DNA of 60,870 nucleotides, counting the filler, from Globobulimina sp. (lineage: Eukaryota): NCBI GenBank assembly GCA_003354225.1. It is 15 parts of 15 records of this genome, joined end to end, with 100 filler letters (N's around TTAATTAATTAA, not from the genome) between each part and the next. Parts side by side here need not be neighbours in the genome. Positions count along the whole stretch, not along the records: positions 44,724 to 48,685 come from PIVH01001823.1; positions 48,786 to 52,747 come from PIVH01001824.1; positions 52,848 to 56,809 come from PIVH01001825.1; 12 more parts are not named here. One strand, given 5' to 3'. Under the pieces are notes generated by a model. The model worked only from the letters and a program-made list of their open reading frames with translations. It was not told the DNA's origin and ran no database searches. Shown here one piece after another: positions 46,484 through 56,909 of this stretch. Made by a program: the position numbers and the translations under genes. How positions within the stretch are numbered: the first letter of the stretch is position 1; each line of letters begins with the position of its first letter.

Positions 46484-48004
46484 TCATTGATGAAGTTCCT
46501 TACTACTTTTGAGTTTATTTTGAAAGAAATTCAACAAACCATTTCCAAATTCATCCACTACAAATTGCTCTTCTTTTTCATTCAATTTTGTATTCAAACA
46601 ATTTACGCTTTTCATTGTAATCCTTGGTTTTAACATGACCATTTTCTGCGTAATACTTTTAAACGGATCAATGATTGCATTATTATTTATATTTTCTAAC
46701 TTATAAATAATATCATTAACATGACTTTGTCCGACAACACTTAGTATTTTACAGCCATCATAAGCCTCAACAGCTTCATTTATCGCCAAACATAAAAAAT
46801 TATTCCTATAATTTGCAACAAACTTCTGATGTGGACATAAAAACTCTGATAACATCTCGGTTAAATTTGCATATCCATCTATATCCAATGATAATTTTCT
46901 ATAAATTTCTTCAAAGTTAATATCATTTTTAATATTTTTATAAATAATATCCTCATCCAACTCACTTAACAATTGCAATAACATCGGCAGCTGATAACTA
47001 TCGAAGTACCTCGCAATTACCATAAACAGACCGCAAATATCCAATGATAAATCCGCAAAACATAATAATTGTTTTTGTGTTTCAGAATTAATATTATCGG
47101 AGTTGTTATTATTGATAATATGTTGAATAAGTCCATGAATTACAAACGCATTCGATTGGATCTCGCCTTGTCTTACAAATAAACTATTTGCTAATTTACA
47201 GACAAACCGGCCGAGTTTTTGTTGTTTATCCATATTGGATGGTGATGATGACACAAGTCGCGAAAATATATTTTGCACAGAGGCCAAATACATTTTATAT
47301 GATGATTTACCATAAATTTGCATTGTTGATTCGTCGCAATGCCCTTCCAATACAATAATATCTGGCTTATATTCGTTTAATAATTTATGAATTTTGTGCA
47401 TATTTGTGATTGATTCATGGCTATCTCGCCATATTAACAATTCTTTATTTTTACAAATTAAAAACGGCATATTTGCACCAAATGAGTCTGTCAAATGTTG
47501 ATATTTTTCATTTGTAATTTTCTTCCATTTGATTGGATGTTTTTGTGTTTTAAACGGATAATAATCAATTATAGAGGTTATATTTTTTAATCCTAACTCG
47601 TTTTTCATAGATTTAGGGATTGTCCATTGGTTCTTATTCGTTTCTGGATACATAAAAGTATCAAATAATTTGAATATATTTTCAGATGCATAGTTTGCGA
47701 ACTGATTCCGATGTCCAACTTGAAATAAAGTGGATGGGTTCCAAATGGGTACTTTATCGTGTTCATAGACTTGGAATCCTGATTGTAAATGGATTGATAT
47801 TTCGTCCTCCATTTTATCGATTTTCTTTCTTTGTTTTGGATTAATGAAATCCAATGCCGCATGACTTATAATGTCAATTGACTCCGGTGCATATCCGTAA
47901 GTTTCTGATTCTGATTGTTGGATATCAGTGTTTATAACTTTACAACTGTGATAACATAAGTATTTTTTCATAATTTGCTGAACTCGCCGCTGCACTGACA
48001 ACAT
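46484..48004 (-). CDS. TraB/TIKI-superfamily-like protein
   Basis: SH..I...KPDIIVLE, FAD, YRNNFL and ILSVVGQSHV resemble the TraB pattern 'PD.V.VE', 'RD..M', 'VAVVGAGH'. Confidence 0.6.
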   Translation of the reverse strand: MLSVQRRVQQIMKKYLCYHSCKVINTDIQQSESETYGYAPESIDIISHAALDFINPKQRKKIDKMEDEISIHLQSGFQVYEHDKVPIWNPSTLFQVGHRNQFANYASENIFKLFDTFMYPETNKNQWTIPKSMKNELGLKNITSIIDYYPFKTQKHPIKWKKITNEKYQHLTDSFGANMPFLICKNKELLIWRDSHESITNMHKIHKLLNEYKPDIIVLEGHCDESTMQIYGKSSYKMYLASVQNIFSRLVSSSPSNMDKQQKLGRFVCKLANSLFVRQGEIQSNAFVIHGLIQHIINNNNSDNINSETQKQLLCFADLSLDICGLFMVIARYFDSYQLPMLLQLLSELDEDIIYKNIKNDINFEEIYRKLSLDIDGYANLTEMLSEFLCPHQKFVANYRNNFLCLAINEAVEAYDGCKILSVVGQSHVNDIIYKLENINNNAIIDPFKSITQKMVMLKPRITMKSVNCLNTKLNEKEEQFVVDEFGNGLLNFFQNKLKSSKELHQ

Positions 48005-48145
48005 GATGCCAACAAATACAGTACAAAAAAAACTGTGTAGATTTCGATTAAATTTCTTTCTTCAAAACAAACCGTGTTTCTATAATTGGCTATAAAACTA
48101 ATAAATAAATAAAAATACAAAATGCAAAATGAATAATGTTTTTTT

Positions 48146-48685
48146 TCATAATTTAGATTTCTTTCTTTCAGAAGGTAGTTTATATCCCATCTCCTCCAAT
48201 TTTGTGCGAACAGTTTTTTTGCTCATTTTGCCAGATCCAGTCAATGGGATTTCCTCCCAATACAACGCATCATCGGGCAACTGGAATTTAGCAAATTTAG
48301 CCATACAATGTTTCCGTATCACATCCAACGGTATCTGTTCTTTTGTAAAACCATTTTTCAACATGATAATAACAATGGGTCTTTGCATCCATTTTGTATG
48401 TTTTGCAGCCACCACACACGCAGAGGCCACACCATTTAAACCCATGATATGATTCTCCAAATCAACACTTGATATCCACTCACCGCCAGATTTAATCATA
48501 TCTTTGCTGCGATCTTTGATCACCAACTGTCCGGACACTGTACGCAATGCCAAATCGCCAGTCACTAGCCATCCTTTATAAAATTTCTTACGTAACACAT
48601 CTTCACTTACTTTGAAATAAGAATACGTGGTCGAAGTGCCACGGACTAATAACTCACCGATGCTTTTATGGTCCCACGGCAACTC
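48146..48685 (-). CDS. Acyl-CoA synthetase (AMP-binding) C-terminal part, 5'-partial
   Basis: GELLVRG, GWLVTGD, KDRSKDMIKSGGEWISSVDLEN, HTKWMQRP and IPLTGSGKMSKK. Confidence 0.92.
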   Translation of the reverse strand, partial: ELPWDHKSIGELLVRGTSTTYSYFKVSEDVLRKKFYKGWLVTGDLALRTVSGQLVIKDRSKDMIKSGGEWISSVDLENHIMGLNGVASACVVAAKHTKWMQRPIVIIMLKNGFTKEQIPLDVIRKHCMAKFAKFQLPDDALYWEEIPLTGSGKMSKKTVRTKLEEMGYKLPSERKKSKL

Positions 48686-49154
48686 NNNNNNNNNNNNNNN
48701 NNNNNNNNNNNNNNNNNNNNNNNNNNNNNTTAATTAATTAANNNNNNNNNNNNNNNNNNNNNNNNNNNNNNNNNNNNNNNNNNNNAACATAGACGTGATT
48801 TTATCAGATATTTGAGAGCCTGCAGACCAATGGTTTGTGATTAATTGAAGCTTCACTTTAATACTAACTTGTTATTGGATGCATAGAAATATTGTACACA
48901 CATTTAAATATATAAGAGTAAATTCTTCTAATTGCAAAGCATTCTAATCCGCCAAGTCTGTAGTATTTTCGTGTCTGGCCGGTAACGGGTTTTATCCAGC
49001 GGAAATTGCTCAGAATTGGTACATTCTTTAACTCCGATTCGAAAAGTTGTGTTTTTTCGATAACTGCTATCTGATATTTATGACAACAAATCATAAAAGA
49101 TTGGTTCTTGTCGTTTTTACTACATTTCCCTACGAATTTAAATAACATATTTTT

Positions 49155-52100
49155 TTACAATTCATCAACTGACAGATCAACTGATACATTATCAACGATT
49201 GGAATTGGCTTATTTTTCTGTTGTTGAATCATTTTGTCATACATTTTTGTAGCGGTATGAATGTCGCCACAATTAAATATTCTTTCTTTATCTGACGATT
49301 TTATTCTGAGCGTAGTGCCATGCCGACTGACATGAACATGACTTGAATGTAAATTCAATCCACCATTTGGATATTTTGCAGTGTCACTCGAACACCAATA
49401 AAATATATGATCAGACAGTATGATAAATCTTTTCTTATTCGTTTTGAAAAAAGTATCTCCTTTTTTCATTGTCCATGCATGAATACAATCTTTGTCACTC
49501 AATAATTTTGCAATGGTTGGTGTTGTTTGTTTTTTATTTTTGAAATCAGTTTCAGGCGTACTTTGAGGCAAAACCTTGACTGCAGCAGTTTTCGCAAGTG
49601 ACATTATCTTTGCATGTCCTGTAAACACTTTATTCCTCATATTGGATGATGAAGGAGGTGATGGTGGGAAAGGTGGAGCTAAAATGACGGTCGGTGACAA
49701 AGGTTGAGGTTGAGGTTGAGGTTGAGATAAAATAATTGTCGGTGATGCAGCTGGCGCATTTTCATATTGTTTACCTTTTGTATGTATCAATGCACTTAAA
49801 TATTGATGTCGATATATTTCAGGGTCTGTTATTTTGCACATATCATTGAATGCGTCGATTAAGGTTTGTCTTTTATTGCCTGTAATATCCAAAAGATCCA
49901 ATAATTTCGGAATTCTATGCAGTGGTATTTTATCTGTTTGGTTTGGATCAAATTTATTAAAACAATCAGTGATAAAATAAATGTACGGATCATGTATATC
50001 ATCCGATTCCTTTTTTTTTATGTTTTTATTTTGTTCGTTTGGAGCTATTGGAGGTTTGTGTTGTTTTAAATGATCAATTTTGTCCTCCATTCTCTGTGAT
50101 TGCTTTGCTTGAGATTGTAATTCATCAAATACTGTTTGCTTCAAATTTTGTTGATTTCTGCATGTTGTTTCCCGTAAATCTTCAATTTGTTTTTTCAATT
50201 TTTTTAACAATTTATCTTCTTCACTTTGCGGTTTACTTTTATTTTCAGGCTTGGCTTTTTCTGGTTTTTTTGTATTTTTATTTTTTGGAGACACTTTAAT
50301 TGGCATTTCTTGATATCGTTTTGATAGAATATGTCGTGTACTTTGATGGAATTGATTCGCATATTGCGACGGAACAAAATATAATAAAAATTCACTTAAA
50401 ATCGCGTCCATATTAACATGCTTTGGTAATTTTACAAATATCTTGGCTAAATCACGAAAAATTGAATCTAAATTTGTGTTATGATTATCAGATTCCATAT
50501 TATCAATCATTTGATCTAATAATATTTTGAATATTTTGTACATTGCTTGGCTGAAATGTAAACTCATTTTTGTTAAGAATTCTTTTTGGGCTCTTAACGG
50601 CTGAAATATGTGCACAAACATTGGTAAATTATGTTCATTGACAATAATTTCAATTAACGCGACCATATCAATGTAGTCTTTATGTGGTAAAATCTTCAAA
50701 AAATCATCCAATTCATATAAATATTGAAATATTATATTTCTGTCTAATAATTTATGCGAATGTAACATATCTGAAATCTCTAACATTCGTTCTGTTTCTT
50801 TCTCAGTTATCTTACAATCAATATCTTTCTCACGTATTCCTTTCATTATTTGTTTTAAATTATAACCATAACTTTTTACCTCTTTCAATAAAATATGATA
50901 CATTTTCAAATGTTTATTTAATATCAATTCTTCAAATCCTTTGTATAAATCATATCTTATCATTGGTTTTGCGTTTTTTATCAAAGCCCGAATTTTAATA
51001 AATATATTCTGTGGGTTTATATTCATCGATTTATCCATTTTATATTTATACAATTCTTTAAGTATTTGTTTTGATTGTTTTCTCTCATTTTCATGCATAA
51101 CATTATGAATTATAGCATTTAAATCTAATGGTTCCTTCAACATATTCTTATTTTTATTGTTTTTACTCGTTTGTTGTATGCAAACATTGTCTAATTTCGA
51201 AGAACCAATAATGTGCAGTGGTGGTATTTTAATGTCATTGCCTGTTTCTTTTAGCTCTCTTTCAATTTTTGCTAATTCCGATAATGTTTCATTTTGTTTT
51301 AAACTCCATTGTTTTTCTAAATTTTTGAGATCTTTTTGTTTTTTTTGTTTCTGAATTTCATACTCCTTTTCTAAATTTTTTTGCTCAATCTCTAATTTTC
51401 TTAATTCTCTCCATTTTTGTTGCTTTAATCTTTCGATTTCTTTTTCTTTTTCAATTCTTTCTTTCTCCAATTTTGCTTTTGTAATTTTTATTATCGGACT
51501 CAAGAATCTTGTATAATTTATAACTGTTTCTATAGCATTTCGTTGATGTTTTTTACCTGTTTTATAACATATTTTGTTGCATCCATTTGATAATTTTGTG
51601 TACATTGATAACACATTTTTAATCCTATTTGTTTTTGTTTTGATATAGTTTTGTTCAAATTGTTGATTTTGAATTGGCGGTAATGGTGAATTAAAATTTA
51701 ACAACTTATCGACTTTATTATTTACATATTCATCGCAGATAAATAATAATGTTTTGCCAATTTTGTATTGCGACGGTTTGATATCAAAGACACCAAACAA
51801 CAAAATAATTAATAATGGTTGGTTATATTCATTCAGTTCAATCACATGTTCATTATCACCAAATATGTGGCATAGTTTATTGGCAGTCGCACTTAGTTCC
51901 ATTGTCAATGGCATCTGATTTTTTTGGATATTTATTATTTTCGGAATATGAAAGGATTTTAATTGTTGTTGAATAATTGTTGTATTCCATTCATTTGGAT
52001 TCTGATTACAATTTGGACGAATACATAATAGGTAGTTATTGTTAATATTATTGTTTTTATCAAATAGATAATCAAAACATTCACTGATTACAGAATTAAT

Positions 52101-52747
52101 TCGATTGCTACCAAAACCCTGTTGAAAATCAAATAATTTATGTTTTGCATAAAAGTTTGTTAGTTTATGTGCTATGGATAATGAACTATTACTCAATAAT
52201 TTAATCAATGAATCAAACTCAAAATATTGAGAATCATCAAATGCAAATTGTGTATTATATGAAATGTTATCTGGAAAATGATTGATTGTGAATTTAAAAT
52301 CATCTGTTTCTACAAAATTATTGTTTTTAGTATTTTCCATCATATGTTTAAATATTTTGTTTGAATCAGTTTTATGATATTTATGCGTTTGAATGTAATC
52401 GAAAACAGAAATAATTTCATTTATATTATATTGTTGTTTGTAATCATTTACATTGATAAATTTATAATTTTCTATTTCGTCAATGAATCTATTTTGTGTC
52501 TCAATGATATATTGCTTATTTATATTATTTTGAATTATATCAAATGAATAATTTGCTGCTAAATTACGAAATCGATTATTATTTATATTTTCATTATTTC
52601 TGCCGGACATATCAACCAACAAAAACTCTGTTTTATTTTCATTTTCCTTAATTTCTGTATCATTTACAATGAAATATTCATCAAAATTGTCATTTATTAT
52701 ATTATTGATATATTCAAACAACAATTCATACAATGATTTATTTAAAA
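49155..52747 (-). CDS. Divergent myosin-like protein (C-terminal half of motor, coiled coil, EF-hand-like region, Pro-rich, PH), 5'-partial
   Basis: Myosin-like FTINHF..ISYNTQF, YLLCIRPN, IQQQL and YKIGKTLLF. C-terminal PH (WTMKKGDTFFKTNKKRFIIL..FYW). Confidence 0.75.
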
Positions 52748-52847
52748 NNNNNNNNNNNNNNNNNNNNNNNNNNNNNNNNNNNNNNNNNNNNTTAATTAAT
52801 TAANNNNNNNNNNNNNNNNNNNNNNNNNNNNNNNNNNNNNNNNNNNN

Positions 52848-53537
52848 ATTGGCTGAGGCTGTAGCGGAGCGGGGCTGGTCAATTATGTCTATGGGAGGGG
52901 TTCGCGCACCTAAAGCACCTGCACATTGGGATGCCGTCATCAAAGTCACTGGCTGTGAAAAGGACGAGTTACAATCTGTTTTAGAAAAGATTGAAGATTC
53001 AGTCATTAAAACAGTCATAAATCTCAGTTTCATTGGCTTGGTTTTTACAGGAAGTGGCCGAATACATTGTAATGTATAATTGATCTTTGGTGACGTCGTT
53101 ATCTACGAATTGGGTGAAGGAGTCCCAAGTAATTGCAATTAAGCCGGACATGTTGTTGCTTAGTGCTGGCGCCGTGTCGTCGATAATTAAATTTAAATCG
53201 GTTAGAGTGAAATTTTCGGGTTGGAATGAGCCCAATAAATATTTATATTCATATTCTTTCTGTTGTCTGTAGGTTAACATTGAGATACCTTCAGATGGCA
53301 TACTGTAAGAATACCAATCGGATAATGGTAATGTATAAATCTCAAAGGGGATTAATTGATTATGTCGAAGACGATGGTTGTTGATGGCGAGTGGTACCTT
53401 TTTGGGGTTTGTATACCGTTTATGGGTTTGTGTGTTTATAAATTATAAAATAAAATAAACATACCACCAGCCAGCATAAAATAAGTAACCACATGCACTA
53501 AACAATACAAGTGTAAAAAGTACACAAATACAAGCAT
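52848..53537 (-). CDS. Hypothetical secreted/membrane protein, multi-exon, 3'-partial
   Basis: Hydrophobic first exon from ATG 53537 and further ORF pieces (52999-53301, 52848-53033). Junctions uncertain. Confidence 0.35.
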
Positions 53538-53593
53538 GTTTCTCGCAGAAAGTGTTCCCCATTCTTGCTGATTTAATTGTCTTTGAAAAGTTT

Positions 53594-53810
53594 GAGCCTA
53601 CACAAGTTAATTAGTCACTATGACTATTTAGTGACTATTTGTGACTTTTTAGTGACAAAAACGAAAATGAGCAACTATTTAGTAACTATTTCAATACAAA
53701 AACGAAAATATGCAACTATTTAGTGACTATTTCAATACAAAAACGGAAAATGGTGACTATTTAGGAAACCTAAGTAACTATTTAGGCGACTATTTAACTT
53801 GTGTAGGCTC
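53594..53810. mobile_element. 217-bp MITE (Mutator- or hAT-type) with TIRs and 8-bp TSD
   Basis: TIR GAGCCTACACAAGTTAA(T/A)TAGTC, 22/23 identical. Flanking direct repeat AAAAGTTT at 53586-53593 and 53811-53818. Internal repeats of (T)AGTGACTATTT. Confidence 0.9.
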
Positions 53811-54160
53811 AAAAGTTTTTGCTTGGGTTTTTTTGAGCATACAACCTGGTTGAATTATTTAACATATAACCTGGTGAGCAATATACTGCGTTTAGTGAGG
53901 AAAAGTATGTTAAATAATTCAAATAGCTAGCTATTTTGTAACAGAAAAAGATGACAATAGCAAATCTGTGATATATCGTTTTAGATGAATGTACAATTGA
54001 CTTCTTCTTCAAAACTCTAAATGGCTATTATTGCTAACTGTACAGTAATAAGAGATGAACCACGTGCACGGTACAAAATATCTGATGTTTATATTTGTGC
54101 AAGGATAATGATAGTAAGTACAGTAACAATTTGTTATTAGTTATTACAGTCAATCAGTTG

Positions 54161-54601
54161 TTATTCACGTGAAGTATACGCAGCATACGTAAGCTGATCC
54201 ATTAACAAATTGTTTTCTGGCAATAAAAACGGATTTTCATCACCAAGCCTCCATTTTTCATCCAAGATTTGCCCGGCTTCTTTACGAACCCGTTGTAACT
54301 TTGTGCCATATGCCATATCATATTGATACGCACAAACCCATGACATTGGCAATGTCGGTATTAACGGCGTGGGACTTTTTAATTTTGCTGCCCCGATAGC
54401 ACCCAAAACCATAACAGTTCCTGCAAATGACGCATAAAACTTAAACATATCCCTCATCCTCGCCATATTCACAGCCATTTGCATCTCCCGCATTTGCATT
54501 TGCATCTTTTTTTGATTCTCTATCATTGCTTTTGAATTCTCCTCCATCGAGGCTTTCATTGATGACTTCATTGAACTCGCAATAGATTCTGCAACACCCA
54601 T
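54161..54601 (-). CDS. PLGRKT: Plasminogen receptor (KT)-like / DUF2368 protein
   Basis: QMREMQMAVNMARMRDMF, PLIPTLPM and AYQYDMAYGTKLQRVRKEA. Confidence 0.85.
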   Translation of the reverse strand: MGVAESIASSMKSSMKASMEENSKAMIENQKKMQMQMREMQMAVNMARMRDMFKFYASFAGTVMVLGAIGAAKLKSPTPLIPTLPMSWVCAYQYDMAYGTKLQRVRKEAGQILDEKWRLGDENPFLLPENNLLMDQLTYAAYTSRE

Positions 54602-54656
54602 GATTATAATTACAGTTTTTTTGTATTAAAATGTGCTTAAAATTGACTTGCTGGTA

Positions 54657-56809
54657 ATGTCCAAACGCAATTCAGGAATTGCATTTAAATCAAACTTATC
54701 ATTGGCTGCAGCAAAGCCATTGTCTCCCAACGAATTATCACAATCATACACCCCCGCAATTAATAAGTATGCTGACACCGAAATAAGAGAAGCATCGGCA
54801 TCGCCAACGCCAACCCCAGGGAAATCAGACCATATTAAAGTAATTTGCAGGTTTCGCCCGAAAAACTCCAAAGAAAGAGCTGAGGAAAAAAGACAAAATC
54901 TGCCCACCACGCAAGAAATCGAGGTGTACAATGAAGGCAAATCATTGGAGGTCCCGCGCAAAACCAAAAACAAGCCCAAAATGAATTTCACATTGGATTA
55001 TATCATATGGTGCGATGTGTCGCAAGAACAGACTTTTGTGAAATTAGCAGCCGACACTGTTAACAGTGTGATAGAAGGCTACAACTGTACGATATTCGCA
55101 TTTGGCCAGACTGGCTCCGGCAAAACGTACACAATGTTCGGCAATGAGAATCTGAATAAAATCGAAGAACTAGGCATCATTCCACGTTCTGTCGACTATA
55201 TGTTTAAATTGCTAAATGCGAGTAAAAATATCCTCAAATACCAGATATCGCTGTCGATTTGCGAAGTGTATAAGGAAATGTTGCGGGACTTGTTGACTTC
55301 TGAAAAGAGTAAAAACCGAAAGCGATTAGAAATCCTATCCGCTGGGAAAGAGATTCGCGTCAAAAATTTGACTGAAAAGCAGTGTGACTCTGTTGGTGAT
55401 ATATTGAAATATATAGTGATGGCTCAAGGGAACCGAGCGAAGCAAACCACTGACTTCATAGGGCATGATTCCTCGCGCTCGCATTGTGTGGTTATGATAT
55501 CCATCACACAGCGCCTATTGGATGATACTATAAAATTCAGCAAACTCAATTTTGGGGACCTGGCCGGCTCGGAGTTGGCAGCTAAAACACATGCAACTGG
55601 CAGCAATTTGAAAGAAGCGGGCAAAATACATCAAGGCTTGTTAGCTCTGGAAAATGTGATAAATGCCTTAGTGGAAAAGAAGAAACATGTCCCATATAAC
55701 GACAGTAAGTTGACGCGATTATTAGCCACTTCCATTGGGGGCAACAGGTTCGAATTTGTGTGTTTGTGTATAATTACTATAATATATATATGTTATTGGT
55801 ATATAGCAAAACCACATTGTTAGTGACATGCTCGCCAAGTATCTGGAACAGAGACGAAACAATCTCTACTTTAAGGTTTGCAAAACGAGCAAAGAAAATC
55901 AAAAACAAAGCTAAAATAAATCGAAGAAAGACCCGGGAACAGTTAGAAGCGAGAATAGTTTATCTGGAACAGGAATGTCTGAAAATGAGAAAGAAATTAA
56001 ATAAGCAAAAGTTTGGCGGCAAGTTTCACAGCGCAGTGGATTTTCTGAGCTCGGATGAGGCCAAGGAACGCGTGTTTGGACTGTCCGCAGAGGAGAAGGA
56101 AGAAGCGGAGCAATTATTGATGGCGAAGGATAATGAAATCAATGGGCATTTGGATGAGATTATCAAATTGAAAGATTTAATCACGAAAAAAGATGATCAG
56201 TTGACGCAGATCGAAGATGATTTGAACAATAAAAATGAGGTCGTGTATGAGTTCGATCGCGAGAAGAAGGAATATGTGCAAACTATCAATGAATTAAATA
56301 GCAAATTATCGCGTAATGAGAGTGAAATTGATAAACTGCAAACTAAATTGACTGAAAATATCGAATTGCAGACTAAATTCACGCATCATACCGAGAACCT
56401 GTCCTCCATCGTCAATGACACTGTGAAGGATTCGTCCACCGCCATGGTCTCCGCATTGACGGAAATCACCAAACAACAACAGGACTTTTACAATTTTTTG
56501 AAAGGAATGAGCAATAATATCGAGAAGATCCACGAGAAGCAGGTGAGTGTGGAAAGGGATGTCAACGACAGATTTGACGATATCAATCAGTTGTTATTGG
56601 GAATCGGCATAAATAACAATAATTATGCCGGCGGCTTGGGGTATAATGCTAACTATGAGCCAGAATTGTCAATGAATTCAGACGACGATGGTCCCGCTGG
56701 CTCTGGACATCACGCACAGCAATCTTTCAATTTTGATGAGGACGAGTTTGATTTTGGAAATAGGAAATTGTCCGTTGCATCGTTGGTGTTATCGCCTGAA
56801 CAGTTACAG
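54657..56809 (+). CDS. Kinesin (N-terminal motor, kinesin-1-like), 3'-partial
   Basis: IKVICRFRP, FGQTGSGKT, SSRSH, DLAGSE, HVPYNDSKLTRLL, intron 55748-55806, ETISTLRFAKRAK and coiled coil. Confidence 0.95.
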
Positions 56810-56909
56810 NNNNNNNNNNNNNNNNNNNNNNNNNNNNNNNNNNNNNNNNNNNNTTAATTAATTAANNNNNNNNNNNNNNNNNNNNNNNNNNNNNNNNNNN
56901 NNNNNNNNN

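Noticed and set aside
3970-56909. Regularly spaced TTAATTAATTAA motif (~4.06 kb period) as a CRISPR-like array, telomere or chromosome-breakage signal
   Set aside because: Always embedded in exactly 44+44 Ns and separating size-sorted contigs, so it is an artificial linker.
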